A DNA stretch of 64,000 bases from a plasmid. Where the stretch lies: sequence record NZ_CP024444.1; one strand, given 5' to 3'. The position numbers were made by a program, and so were the translations under genes. This document shows, in pieces, positions 48,788-59,347 of the stretch. The number at the start of each line of letters is the position of its first letter. Position 1 is the first letter of the stretch. The notes under the pieces are model-generated. The model did no database searches and had not been told where the DNA came from. It worked only from the letters and a program-made list of their open reading frames with translations.

Positions 48788-50296
48788 GTGAGTTTCATGG
48801 CAGAGATCATTACCTGTACAACGCAAAGTGGAAAAACAGTTCAGTACGTCAATGAAATTATTGGCTCTGGCTCAATGAAAGATGTCTATTTTTCCCCTGA
48901 CCGAACCTATGTTGTTGCCTTCTATAAAACAGAACAGAATGCACAAGCTAAAGATAGGATCGATATGATAACAGGCTCTTATCGACATAATATCTTTGAG
49001 CAAAGTGGCGGAGAATATTGGAAAAACCTCTTTTGCTGGCCAACAGATGTTGTCGAACATCAAGGCAAAATTGGTATTGTTATTCCGACTTATCAATCCC
49101 ACTTTTTCTTTAAATATGGTTCTAAAAACAACGACTTTCTGGCAATAAAAGGCCGAGAAAAAGAAGGTAAATGGTTTGCAAGTGCCAACAACCAAAATAA
49201 ATTTCTCGATCCTCGCGAAAGAGGTAATCTATTAAATTATCTGAAAGTCTGTTTACTGCTCTCTCGTGCCGTGCGCCGAATGCATGCCGCAGGCTTATGC
49301 CATAGTGATTTAAGCTATAAAAACGTCCTTATCGATCCTGAGCAAGGTCATGCCTGTGTTATTGATATTGACGGTTTAGTGGTTCCCGGCAAATACCCAC
49401 CTGATGTTGTGGGAACTCCTGACTTTATTGCGCCAGAAGTGGTAAAAACTAGTCATTTACCGAAAGAAGATCCTAATCGTATTTTGCCAAGCATTACGAC
49501 CGATAGACACGCACTTGCGGTATTAATCTATATGTATCTATTTTATCGTCATCCATTACGTGGCGGTAAAATTCACGATCTTGACGATGAAATGCGTGAT
49601 GAAACACTGTCTATGGGTGAAAAAGCACTGTTTATTGAGCACCCAACCGATCGTAGCAATGCGGTCAAATTGAATCAGGTAAAACCGTCATCTCTTCCTT
49701 GGGCGGATCCTGAAAAAATCCCATACACGATTATGGGGCCATACCTAACGCCTCTTTTTGAAAGAGCTTTTATTACAGGGTTACACAATCCTTCGCAACG
49801 CCCTACCGCAGATGAATGGGAAACCGCTTTAGTCAAAACGGTAGATTTAGTTCAGCCTTGTCAAAATAAAGACTGTGAACAGCAATGGTATGTTTTCTCA
49901 GGAAAAACACAGCCCGTTTGTCCTTATTGTCACACCCCATATAAAGGGCAATTGCCGATTTTAAATCTCTACTCATCACGTAAAGCCGGTAGCTTCAGAC
50001 CCGACGATCACCGCTTAATGGTTTGGAGTAATCAATCACTGTTTCCTTGGCATGTTAATCGCCTTATTGCGCCTAATGAACGCACCACCGATGAACAGAA
50101 AAAGCGTGTAGGTTATTTTGTTTATCACAATTCAATATGGTGGCTTGTTAATGAGCGTATTGATGGATTAATGGTATTGCCAGAGAAAAAGCAGATAGCG
50201 ATTGGCGATAAAATTGCCCTAACTGATGGGTTGCAATTTGTATTATCGACAGAAGAAGGCGGGCGACTTGTTGTGGTGCAATTAGTGTCTAATTAA
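48788..50296 (+). CDS. Ser/Thr protein kinase with a C-terminal zinc ribbon
   Basis: VVAFYK (beta-3 Lys), catalytic loop LCHSDLSYKNVLID, DIDG (DFG-like), GTPDFIAPE (APE). C-terminal CQNKDC...CPYC. Track start is GTG; an ATG at 48797 is an alternative. Confidence 0.8.
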   Translation: MSFMAEIITCTTQSGKTVQYVNEIIGSGSMKDVYFSPDRTYVVAFYKTEQNAQAKDRIDMITGSYRHNIFEQSGGEYWKNLFCWPTDVVEHQGKIGIVIPTYQSHFFFKYGSKNNDFLAIKGREKEGKWFASANNQNKFLDPRERGNLLNYLKVCLLLSRAVRRMHAAGLCHSDLSYKNVLIDPEQGHACVIDIDGLVVPGKYPPDVVGTPDFIAPEVVKTSHLPKEDPNRILPSITTDRHALAVLIYMYLFYRHPLRGGKIHDLDDEMRDETLSMGEKALFIEHPTDRSNAVKLNQVKPSSLPWADPEKIPYTIMGPYLTPLFERAFITGLHNPSQRPTADEWETALVKTVDLVQPCQNKDCEQQWYVFSGKTQPVCPYCHTPYKGQLPILNLYSSRKAGSFRPDDHRLMVWSNQSLFPWHVNRLIAPNERTTDEQKKRVGYFVYHNSIWWLVNERIDGLMVLPEKKQIAIGDKIALTDGLQFVLSTEEGGRLVVVQLVSN

Positions 50297-50306
50297 TAAA
50301 GTAAAA

Positions 50307-50348
50307 GAATAATCCGTTTAATTTATCGCGGGTTATTCTCTTTTTTCA
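50307..50348. terminator. probable bidirectional rho-independent terminator
   Basis: AAGAATAATCCG...CGGGTTATTCTCTTTTTT between convergent genes. Confidence 0.45.
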
Positions 50349-50359
50349 TGATATTAAAT

Positions 50360-50797
50360 TTAATCTTGAGCTCCAAGCTTAAATTCCATAACAAAATTTA
50401 AATCTTTTGCTGGTTTTCCTGTTTCATAGCGCCATTGTTCCATAGCGTGAATAAGTGACAAACCAAAAACATCCACTAAAGGGGAATCTAACACCCTAAT
50501 ATTTTGTACATACCCATTTTCGTCAACATCAAATTTAACCTTTAATTCTCCTTCCATCCTATTAAAAGCCGCTTTTACAGGATAATTAGGTAATACTCGT
50601 AATAAATTCTTAGGATAACCTTTAACCGTAAGATTTAACTCTTTTATTTCACTTTGAGTCATTTTCTCTGGTTCATCGGCTAATTTTGGTTTCAATAACA
50701 AATTAGATTGAGCATCCGGCTGTATTGATTGAATAGCACATCCATTTAGTAAAATAGTGCCGCAAAATAAACTTAAAATAGCTAATTTTATTTTCAT
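50360..50797 (-). CDS. lipoprotein with a TonB C-terminal-like domain
   Basis: Lipobox LLNGC. C-terminal P-x-YP...A...EG-V-V-F-V...G-V pattern of the TonB_C fold. Confidence 0.55.
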   Translation of the reverse strand: MKIKLAILSLFCGTILLNGCAIQSIQPDAQSNLLLKPKLADEPEKMTQSEIKELNLTVKGYPKNLLRVLPNYPVKAAFNRMEGELKVKFDVDENGYVQNIRVLDSPLVDVFGLSLIHAMEQWRYETGKPAKDLNFVMEFKLGAQD

Positions 50798-51055
50798 TTT
50801 TCTTTTCTAAAATAAGATTAAGTATAAAAAACACAATAGCACATATCATAATCATTTCTATTCTCACCTCTATATTTAGTTAAGAAAAACTGTGCAATTA
50901 ATCCTATTTTTGCCATTTTATTTAAATCAAAGTCAGATCACATATTTACCACTCCCACTTCCCATTTAGCGCTAACGTTCAATATTGGATATCAAGATCC
51001 CAGTTTATTAAGCCTCATTATTTACAATACCCTACAGTGATAATTGGAGGCATGA

Positions 51056-52024
51056 ATGAAAACTAAAAATAAAATCAATGTGCTAGAACTTATTTCGCCA
51101 GAAATGAAGCAAGTTATGCAATTTTATGCAGATAATCCTCAACCTACGCCAGAAAATGATGGTTATCCATCAATGCGTCTTGCTTATAATCAAGATAGGC
51201 GTTATTGGAATGCGGATGCGCCAGAGATGTTTAGCATACAAGATATTTCAGTAAGTACTTCTTATGGAAATGTATTAACGCGTCTTTATAAACCCAAACA
51301 AAAAACACCCGCAACACTCTATTATCTGCATGGCGGTGGTTTTATTTTAGGGAACTTAGATACTCACGATCGCATTATGCGACTACTTGCCTGCTATACC
51401 GGTTGTGCAGTTATTGGTATTGACTATTCATTATCTCCCGAAGCTCGCTATCCCCAAGCCATCGATGAATCAGCGCAGGTTTGTCAGTATTATCATCAAA
51501 ATGCAAAATACTATGATATTAATACGCAACATATCGGTTTTGCGGGTGATTCTGCGGGTGCAATGCTGTCTCTTGCTACCGTATTGTGGCTACGCGACAA
51601 ACAAATTCACTGCGGCAATATCAGTGCAGTTTTGCTTTGGTATGGATTATATGGATTACGCGATTCCACCAGCCGTCGCCTTTATGGAGGGGAATGGGAT
51701 GGATTGCGCCAGCAAGATCTAGAAGAATATGATAATGCATATCTAACCGCACTTGGCAGTCGCGATGCTCCTTATTATTGCTTATTTAATAATGATTTAA
51801 CGCAAGATATTCCGCCTTGCTTTATCGCCAGCGCACAATATGACCCACTTATTGATGATAGTGTGACGCTATTTAAAACCTTAGAAGCCCATCAATTAGC
51901 TTGTGAATATAAAATGTATCCAGGCACATTACATGCTTTTTTACACTACTCACGCATGATGAAAGTGGCTGATGACGCCATTCGAGATGGTGCTCACTAC
52001 TTTGTCAAACAACTCACTTTGTAA
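51056..52024 (+). CDS. alpha/beta-hydrolase esterase/lipase (hormone-sensitive-lipase / Aes family)
   Basis: HGGGF oxyanion motif, GDSAG nucleophile elbow, C-terminal DPL...H. Confidence 0.8.
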   Translation: MKTKNKINVLELISPEMKQVMQFYADNPQPTPENDGYPSMRLAYNQDRRYWNADAPEMFSIQDISVSTSYGNVLTRLYKPKQKTPATLYYLHGGGFILGNLDTHDRIMRLLACYTGCAVIGIDYSLSPEARYPQAIDESAQVCQYYHQNAKYYDINTQHIGFAGDSAGAMLSLATVLWLRDKQIHCGNISAVLLWYGLYGLRDSTSRRLYGGEWDGLRQQDLEEYDNAYLTALGSRDAPYYCLFNNDLTQDIPPCFIASAQYDPLIDDSVTLFKTLEAHQLACEYKMYPGTLHAFLHYSRMMKVADDAIRDGAHYFVKQLTL

Positions 52025-52036
52025 AATGTCAGCCTA

Positions 52037-52750
52037 TTAAAACTCAAGATTTCGAATAAAACGATAATCCGCGGACGCCTCTTTAAGTCGATACAGACTT
52101 GCGGGGCGTCCTCTTTCTGCACGCTTTTCTCCAGTATCAATTAATAAATCGGCTTGTTCGATGCGTCGCCTAAATGATTTTTTCTGGATCTCTTTACCAA
52201 TCAGAATTTCATGAACATGTTGCAATTCTGGCAAGGTAAATACTTCTGGTAATGCAAATCCGGGAACAATCGAATAAAGTGATTTTTGCTTTAATCGCTC
52301 TCTCGCTTGGACAATTAATTTATGGTGATCAAACGCTAAGCTTTGTTGTGCAATCTCATCAATAGGACACCACATCACCGAATCTACGGTATCTATATGC
52401 GCTTCACAGGCTTGATGTGCAATTAACGCGGTATAACAAACCGTCACCGACCAACCTCTTACATCACGCTGGCTATTTCCCACTGAACAGAGTTGCTCTA
52501 TATAAGGGGGGATCACGCCCGTTTTCTCTTTTAATTTTCTTAGCACCGTATCTTCAAGGCATTTGTCTTGCACTTCATCGATAAATCCACCTGGTAAGCC
52601 CCATTTTCCTTTTTCAGGATGCTCCCCTCTTTTCACCAACAACACTTTTAACTGCTCTTCATGATAAGTAAACAGTACGGCATCAATGGTGATCAGTGGA
52701 GATAGGAAATCACGACGGTTATAACTGGCTAAAAAATCTTGTTCATTCAT
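52037..52750 (-). CDS. nrtR: NrtR-family Nudix-related transcriptional regulator (Nudix domain plus C-terminal wHTH)
   Basis: Nudix box GKWGLPGGFIDEVQDKCLEDTVLRKLKEKTG, then a wHTH-like C-terminus (FTLPELQHVHEILIGKEIQKKSFRRRI...LYR). Start placed at the ATG 52750 (MNEQDF). Confidence 0.65.
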   Translation of the reverse strand: MNEQDFLASYNRRDFLSPLITIDAVLFTYHEEQLKVLLVKRGEHPEKGKWGLPGGFIDEVQDKCLEDTVLRKLKEKTGVIPPYIEQLCSVGNSQRDVRGWSVTVCYTALIAHQACEAHIDTVDSVMWCPIDEIAQQSLAFDHHKLIVQARERLKQKSLYSIVPGFALPEVFTLPELQHVHEILIGKEIQKKSFRRRIEQADLLIDTGEKRAERGRPASLYRLKEASADYRFIRNLEF

Positions 52751-52847
52751 GGCGTAAGCTTTATTAAAAAACGATGAAACTATTTTAAGCCTAAACAGCA
52801 AAAAATCAAATTTTGTCATAAAGACACTAAATCAGTTGACAAAGATA

Positions 52848-52862
52848 GTGTCGATAGGACAC
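52848..52862. promoter_or_regulatory. palindrome GTGTCGATAGGACAC in the nrtR/SPFH divergent intergenic region (candidate operator)
   Basis: Inverted GTGTC...GACAC. GACACTAA is also repeated 3 times within the 84-bp intergenic region. Confidence 0.35.
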
Positions 52863-52903
52863 AATTCAGTTAATGTCACAAGGACACTAACTGGAGAGAC
52901 ACT

Positions 52904-53923
52904 ATGTTTAATTTAAATTACTCTAAAGCTGATTCATCAACATTCATTATCAAATCCGTCAATGGTCGCGTTCGCCAACAAGGTAAAGGCTTGAGTTTTT
53001 GGTATAACTCCGCCACAACCTCCATTGCGGCATTGCCTTTAAACGCTCAAGAAGCACCTTTTATTTTTAATTTCCAAACCTCGGACTTTCAGGGTTTACG
53101 TATTCAAGGGCAAATCTCATTTCAGGTTAAAGCGCCCGAAAAAGCCGCAGAAGTACTCAACTTTAACTTGAGCAAAAACGGCAAATCGTATGCTTCTGAA
53201 GATCCGCTCAAACTCAGTGATCGTGTTGTACGTATTGCACAAACCTTAATTCAAGCAAAGATCCAAAGTACACCACTTAGAGAAGCGTTATTACTTAGCC
53301 AATCATTAGTGACTTTAGTGATGGAACAATTAATTGAACATCCATCATTAGAGGCATTAGGTATTGCGATTTTAGATGTCTCTATAGCGGCAATCACACC
53401 ATCACCAGAAACCTTAAAAGCACTAGAAGCTGAAGCGAGAGAATCCTTACTGAAAGAAGCCGACGATGCCATTTATGCTCGTCGTAAATTCTCAGTAGAA
53501 CAAGAGCGCACCATTAAAGAGGCTGAATTAGAAACCGATTTATCTGTTCAACGTAAACGCCAAGAGATTGAAGAAGCACGTTTAGAAAACGAACGTACAT
53601 TACTACGCGAACAAGCTGAGATTGAAAAAGAACGCCTTGAAGCCAAAGTTAATGCGGAAGCAAAACGCAAAGAACTAGTCGCATTAAGTGCTGAAAATCA
53701 GCGAACACAATCAGAAGCGGATGCTTATGCTATTGAAGCTACCATGCGTGCTTATCGTGAATTACCAGTTGAGAACCTAAAAGCAATGGCATTAGCAAAA
53801 ATGGACTCACAACAATTAATGGCAATGGCATTTGAAACCTTAGCACTGAATTCAGGAAAAATCGGCGAGTTGAATATCACACCTGATTTATTTAGCCAAT
53901 TTATGAAAAAAGGCAGTAAATAA
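52904..53923 (+). CDS. SPFH/band-7 (flotillin/stomatin-like) domain protein with a coiled-coil C-terminus
   Basis: 339 aa. N-terminal SPFH-like beta/alpha region, then a long charged coiled-coil (EQERTIKEAELETDLSVQRKRQEIEEARLENERTLLREQAEIEKERLEAK). Confidence 0.55.
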   Translation: MFNLNYSKADSSTFIIKSVNGRVRQQGKGLSFWYNSATTSIAALPLNAQEAPFIFNFQTSDFQGLRIQGQISFQVKAPEKAAEVLNFNLSKNGKSYASEDPLKLSDRVVRIAQTLIQAKIQSTPLREALLLSQSLVTLVMEQLIEHPSLEALGIAILDVSIAAITPSPETLKALEAEARESLLKEADDAIYARRKFSVEQERTIKEAELETDLSVQRKRQEIEEARLENERTLLREQAEIEKERLEAKVNAEAKRKELVALSAENQRTQSEADAYAIEATMRAYRELPVENLKAMALAKMDSQQLMAMAFETLALNSGKIGELNITPDLFSQFMKKGSK

Positions 53924-54867
53924 TGCAACGTAACGAAGATTTTCGCTTTGTGCTGGTGATGAGAAAAAGCCGCTTACAGGAATTAATTGAGCGCTTTAAT
54001 ACCTGGTCACAAGCCAAATTCTATTTAGAACACAACAATGTTGAGGTAAAGGATTATCTCAATGAACACAATTTATATCAAAAGCAACTCACAGAAGCTG
54101 AGTTGATTTTAAAATCATTAGGACGATTTCAACTTTTAGAAAGAGGCTTATTACCCAGCTATCAATTCTCACCTCACGATATTGTGGTGGTGATTGGTCA
54201 AGATGGGCTTGTTGCCAATACGCTGAAATACCTTAATGGACAGCCTATCATTGCCATAAATCCTGATCCATCAAGGTGGGATGGTAAATTATTACCCTTT
54301 GAAATAGGGCAATTAAAAGAGACAGTTATTAACACCATTAATAAAAAAATGCCATTTAAAACGGTCACTTTTGCACAAGCAACAACCAATGATGGTCAAT
54401 CCTTATTAGCGGTTAATGACTTATTTATTGGCCCTAAAAGCCACACTTCCGCACAGTATATTTTGCAATGGAATGGCGCTGAAGAAGTGCAATCTTCATC
54501 AGGCATTATTGTATCAACAGGATTGGGATCAACGGGGTGGTTTCAATCTATTCTTGCTGGTGCGATGGCAATTACAGGAGAAGCTTCGCACCCTCTATTA
54601 CAAGGCTTTAGCTGGAGTGATCGAAAGCTACAATTTAGTGTAAGAGAGCCATTTCCAAGTAGAACAACAGGTGTTGCACTGACTTTTGGCACTATTGAGC
54701 CTGACTCACCACTGCAATTAGGATCTTTGATGCCAGAGAATGGCGTAATTTTCTCTGATGGCATCGAAGATGACTATTTACAATTTAATGCAGGTTGTAT
54801 TGCTCACATTGGTATCGCTGACATACAAGGGCAACTAATTAGCCAAAAAGGGCGTCAGCGAATTTAG
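53923..54867 (+). CDS. NAD kinase-like (ATP-NAD/DAGK catalytic fold) protein
   Basis: VVVIGQDGLVANT (GGDG-like), NDLFIG, STGLGSTGWFQS (NAD kinase conserved region). Translationally coupled to the SPFH gene (TAATG). Confidence 0.6.
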   Translation: MQRNEDFRFVLVMRKSRLQELIERFNTWSQAKFYLEHNNVEVKDYLNEHNLYQKQLTEAELILKSLGRFQLLERGLLPSYQFSPHDIVVVIGQDGLVANTLKYLNGQPIIAINPDPSRWDGKLLPFEIGQLKETVINTINKKMPFKTVTFAQATTNDGQSLLAVNDLFIGPKSHTSAQYILQWNGAEEVQSSSGIIVSTGLGSTGWFQSILAGAMAITGEASHPLLQGFSWSDRKLQFSVREPFPSRTTGVALTFGTIEPDSPLQLGSLMPENGVIFSDGIEDDYLQFNAGCIAHIGIADIQGQLISQKGRQRI

Positions 54868-54869
54868 AT

Positions 54870-55496
<627 letters not shown>

Positions 55497-55524
55497 CTAC
55501 CTCAAAATAAAATAGCCTTGACAA

Positions 55525-55540
55525 TCTATCACTGATAGAG
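55525..55540. promoter_or_regulatory. tet operator 1 (TCTATCACTGATAGAG)
   Basis: Canonical tetO palindrome in the tetR-tet intergenic region. Confidence 0.85.
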
Positions 55541-55553
55541 ATATTTTACACCC

Positions 55554-55570
55554 ACTCTATCACTGATAGA
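55554..55570. promoter_or_regulatory. tet operator 2 (ACTCTATCACTGATAGA)
   Basis: Second tetO copy 13 bp downstream. Confidence 0.85.
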
Positions 55571-55584
55571 TTTTTAGGATCTCA

Positions 55585-56787
55585 ATGAATAAATCAATTA
55601 TTATTATACTGCTGATCACCGTATTAGATGCCATTGGTATCGGGCTTATCATGCCAGTACTCCCTACTCTATTAAATGAATTTGTCAGTGAAAATTCACT
55701 GGCAACCCATTACGGTGTGCTATTAGCGCTCTATGCTACCATGCAGGTTATTTTTGCTCCTATTCTAGGACGACTGTCTGATAAATACGGCAGAAAACCC
55801 ATCTTGCTGTTTTCCCTTTTAGGCGCGGCACTCGACTATCTTTTAATGGCATTCTCAACCACACTTTGGATGCTCTATATTGGGCGCATCATTGCGGGGA
55901 TCACAGGCGCAACAGGTGCCGTATGTGCATCAGCGATGAGTGATGTGACTCCCGCTAAAAATCGAACTCGCTATTTTGGTTTCTTAGGTGGTGCTTTTGG
56001 TGTTGGCCTTATTATCGGCCCAATGCTAGGGGGATTATTAGGTGATATCAGTGCTCATATGCCATTTATTTTTGCCGCTATTTCACACTCGATATTATTA
56101 ATACTCTCTTTGCTCTTTTTCCGAGAAACACAAAAAAGAGAAGCGCTTGTTGCCAATAGGACACCTGAAAACCAAACTGCCTCAAATACAGTCACTGTTT
56201 TTTTTAAGAAAAGCCTCTACTTTTGGTTAGCAACCTATTTTATTATCCAGCTTATCGGGCAAATTCCTGCCACCATCTGGGTGCTGTTTACACAATATCG
56301 TTTTGATTGGAACACAACTTCTATCGGTATGTCTTTGGCGGTTCTGGGTGTATTACATATTTTCTTTCAGGCGATTGTCGCTGGGAAATTGGCACAAAAA
56401 TGGGGCGAAAAAACCACCATTATGATCAGTATGTCTATTGATATGATGGGCTGTTTATTATTAGCGTGGATAGGCCACGTTTGGGTCATCTTACCAGCAT
56501 TAATTTGCTTAGCGGCAGGAGGTATGGGGCAACCCGCATTACAAGGTTATTTATCAAAATCTGTCGATGATAATGCGCAAGGGAAATTACAAGGTACTCT
56601 GGTGAGCCTAACCAATATTACCGGGATCATTGGTCCCCTTTTATTTGCCTTTATTTATAGTTATAGCGTCGCTTATTGGGATGGTCTGTTATGGCTGATG
56701 GGGGCAATACTTTATGCTATGTTGCTTATTACCGCTTATTTTCACCAAAGAAAAACCACACCTAAAGCTGTTATTTCAACCCCTTAA
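55585..56787 (+). CDS. tet(H): tetracycline efflux MFS transporter, class H-like
   Basis: 400 aa, 12 TM. MFS motif A (GRLSDKYGRKP). About 55% identical to Tet(B). Length and sequence agree with recalled Tet(H). Confidence 0.8.
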   Translation: MNKSIIIILLITVLDAIGIGLIMPVLPTLLNEFVSENSLATHYGVLLALYATMQVIFAPILGRLSDKYGRKPILLFSLLGAALDYLLMAFSTTLWMLYIGRIIAGITGATGAVCASAMSDVTPAKNRTRYFGFLGGAFGVGLIIGPMLGGLLGDISAHMPFIFAAISHSILLILSLLFFRETQKREALVANRTPENQTASNTVTVFFKKSLYFWLATYFIIQLIGQIPATIWVLFTQYRFDWNTTSIGMSLAVLGVLHIFFQAIVAGKLAQKWGEKTTIMISMSIDMMGCLLLAWIGHVWVILPALICLAAGGMGQPALQGYLSKSVDDNAQGKLQGTLVSLTNITGIIGPLLFAFIYSYSVAYWDGLLWLMGAILYAMLLITAYFHQRKTTPKAVISTP

Positions 56788-57113
56788 TACTAGAAATTAT
56801 AAAGATCATAAAAGTCCTGTCCGCTCTTAATAACGTTGATAGGACTTTATTTTTATCGCAATTAATAAGCCTCTTTTACCCAAGGCTTACTGGCTGCAAT
56901 CATAAACATCGGCGTTGAACGATAAAGCAGGTAAGGGAGTCGTTTAGTTACATAGTTATTTTATGATAGTTATTTTCAATCATATTCACCCTGAGTAAAA
57001 AAAACAAATATTTCATTATTAATTTACTTTTTATTTACATTGTGAAATTATTATCCAACTAAAAATAAAAATAGAATTTCTATTAGTTTTAGCTCTATTT
57101 AATTAAGAATTAT

Positions 57114-57901
57114 GGTGGTGTTTCAAAAAGTATGCTGAAACAAAGCAGGTTGAATTTTGATAAAATAGAGAAATGCGAATAACTCTAGAAATCAAATGTC
57201 CAACCTGCCTCAGTGACAGTATAAAGAAAAATGGCATCAAAGTAGATGGGAAACAAAACTATCAGTGCAAAGACTGTAAACGTCAGTTTATTGGTGACCA
57301 TGCTCTGAGCTATCTAGGATGTCATTCAGGCATTACTCGAAAAATATTACAGTTGATGGTCAGAGGTAGTGGTATACGAGATATCGCTGAAGTTGAGCGA
57401 ATCAGTATCGGTAAAGTTTTACGTACTTTAACCGAATCGACCTACCAAATTCAGCCTAAACAAAGTCATTATGAGTCTCTTGAAGTTGATGAGTTTTGGA
57501 CTTTTGTGGGAAATAAAAATAATAAACAATGGCTTATTTACGCCTACCATCGAGAAACAGGTGAGATTGTTGCTTATGTTTGGGGTAAAAGAGACTTAGC
57601 TACAGTTCAACGATTGAAGGCAAAGCTTAAACAATTAGGTATTCACTACACCCGAATTGCAAGTGATCATTGGGACAGTTTCATAACTGCTTTTAAAAAC
57701 TGCAAGCAAAGTATTGGTAAATTTTTTACTGTAGGTATTGAAGGTAATAATTGCAAAATAAGGCATCGAATTAGGCGCGGTTTTAGAAGGAGTTGTAATT
57801 TTTCAAAAAAGATTGAAAACCATTTTAAAGCTTTCGACTTAACCTTTTTTTACATCAATAATGGCTTCATTTAATGTCAGCATACTTTTTGAAACACCAC
57901 C
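57114..57901 (+). mobile_element. IS1-family insertion sequence (single-ORF type, 788 bp) with perfect 25-bp terminal IRs
   Basis: IRL GGTGGTGTTTCAAAAAGTATGCTGA (57114-57138) and its exact reverse complement at 57877-57901. No obvious TSD. Confidence 0.8.
57173..57874 (+). CDS. IS1-family transposase (fused InsAB-type)
   Basis: N-terminal zinc finger CPTCLSDS...CKDCKRQF, an HTH, then VDEFWTFVGNKNNKQWLIYAY (IS1 DEMWSFV-like) catalytic region. Confidence 0.75.
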   Translation: MRITLEIKCPTCLSDSIKKNGIKVDGKQNYQCKDCKRQFIGDHALSYLGCHSGITRKILQLMVRGSGIRDIAEVERISIGKVLRTLTESTYQIQPKQSHYESLEVDEFWTFVGNKNNKQWLIYAYHRETGEIVAYVWGKRDLATVQRLKAKLKQLGIHYTRIASDHWDSFITAFKNCKQSIGKFFTVGIEGNNCKIRHRIRRGFRRSCNFSKKIENHFKAFDLTFFYINNGFI

Positions 57902-58245
57902 AAAAATCAAACTACGAAAAATATCCTAAGCATATTTTATAAGTGCATCCCCCAACGCGCCAAAAATATGGCACAAGAAATATCCTAAGCATAAGAGAAC
58001 TTTTTTAAAAAACCGTCCCCAATGTTAATATTGTGACCTGAAGCTAAAAATGGTACAATCTAAGGACACTTCAGGCAAAACTCAACTGCCTAGCATACTT
58101 TCAAAACTTTGTCAAATTTTCAAATTTCCAATTTTTCCAAAAAACGTGCAAAAATAAAAAAATGGTTACCAAAATGGTTACCAAAAATTTTTATAAAAAT
58201 TTCTCTAAACCACTCTATTACTGCGTTTCAGAAGATTTTGTATAG

Positions 58246-58282
58246 AAAAAACGACGCAACTATGACTTGCGTCGTTTTTTTA
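58246..58282. terminator. rho-independent terminator-like hairpin
   Basis: AAAAACGACGCAACTATGACTTGCGTCGTTTTTTT: 11-bp stem flanked by an A-run and a T-run (bidirectional potential). Confidence 0.5.
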
Positions 58283-58792
58283 CTTGTACTTATTTTCCAA
58301 AAAAGTTAAAATATTTTCATTGCCAATAAATCATATTTTCTTTATTTTCTATTTTCGGCATTCCACTTGGTTAAAACCGCCAAAAATGAATATATCAAAT
58401 TATGATGGCAAAATATTATCCACATCAAAATTGCTTAGGATATTTCTTGCGACACAGTTTGTAATTAAATTTTCCATAGCATCTGTTTTGATTGTGACAT
58501 CTTTATGCGACAATTATCGTGTAACCTAATTTTTAGCGAATAATTTATAAGGTCATTCAATGTTGAACAACAAAATGGCTATTACCAAAATACGGCAATT
58601 TCCGGTACGCGATTTTGCCATGTTATTAATTTTTCATTTTGGTAATTTCACCCGGTCACCAATTGGCCATTTTAGTATGTTAAGGCTTTTATCGTAGCTC
58701 TTATCTTTTTATTGATGTTGCCTATATTTAGTCGCTGGTTAAATTACATTAAGTAAGTGTCGTTAATATTCATATAAACAAAGGAATAACCA

Positions 58793-59038
58793 ATGACCCA
58801 ACATGTAACTAATCAAGACTGGTTGTACCCATTTATGACATATCGGTGTGCGTTTCCACCGCACGGTGTTGTTTGGTACTTTAATACACGCCAGCCAATT
58901 AACTTAGACACTATCAACACACACGATGATTTACTTGATCTGACGGTGGAAATGAAACCAGGTGCAACCATTGAAGCTACCAACAATTGGCGTTCGACAC
59001 TACAAAAGTTTTGTCCTGCCAAAACTTCAATGCAATAG
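58793..59038 (+). CDS. hypothetical protein
   Basis: 81 aa ORF with an AGGAATAACCAATG RBS. No domain recognised. Confidence 0.35.
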   Translation: MTQHVTNQDWLYPFMTYRCAFPPHGVVWYFNTRQPINLDTINTHDDLLDLTVEMKPGATIEATNNWRSTLQKFCPAKTSMQ

Positions 59039-59347
59039 TTGCCAAAAAAAGTTGTGAGATACCTTATGAGTTATGATATTTCTACGCCTGCAAACTCGCC
59101 ATTAATACAAAACCAGGATATAGAAACTGACTTTTTATTAAGGGTTTTATTTGGTGCTTTGGCTTATGACGATATGCATAAGTTTGCAGTTTTACTAGAA
59201 GAAAGCCGCCTTAGAGAACTAAATCACGTTACTGCGCATTTAAGTGACTCTAAGGACGATGCTATTAAGTCATCATTATTGGCCGAAGTATCTTTGAAAT
59301 GCAAAGAGCAAATCTTAAAAAATATTCAATTGGCACGTCAAAACTAA
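59039..59347 (+). CDS. hypothetical protein
   Basis: 102 aa ORF. Start adjacent to the previous stop. Confidence 0.35.
   Translation: MPKKVVRYLMSYDISTPANSPLIQNQDIETDFLLRVLFGALAYDDMHKFAVLLEESRLRELNHVTAHLSDSKDDAIKSSLLAEVSLKCKEQILKNIQLARQN

Noticed and set aside
58109-58529. Small ORFs (66 and 81 aa) in the AT-rich region after the IS1-family element
   Set aside because: Low-complexity, A/T-driven reading frames overlapping tandem repeats and a terminator hairpin, with no RBS. Probably non-coding.
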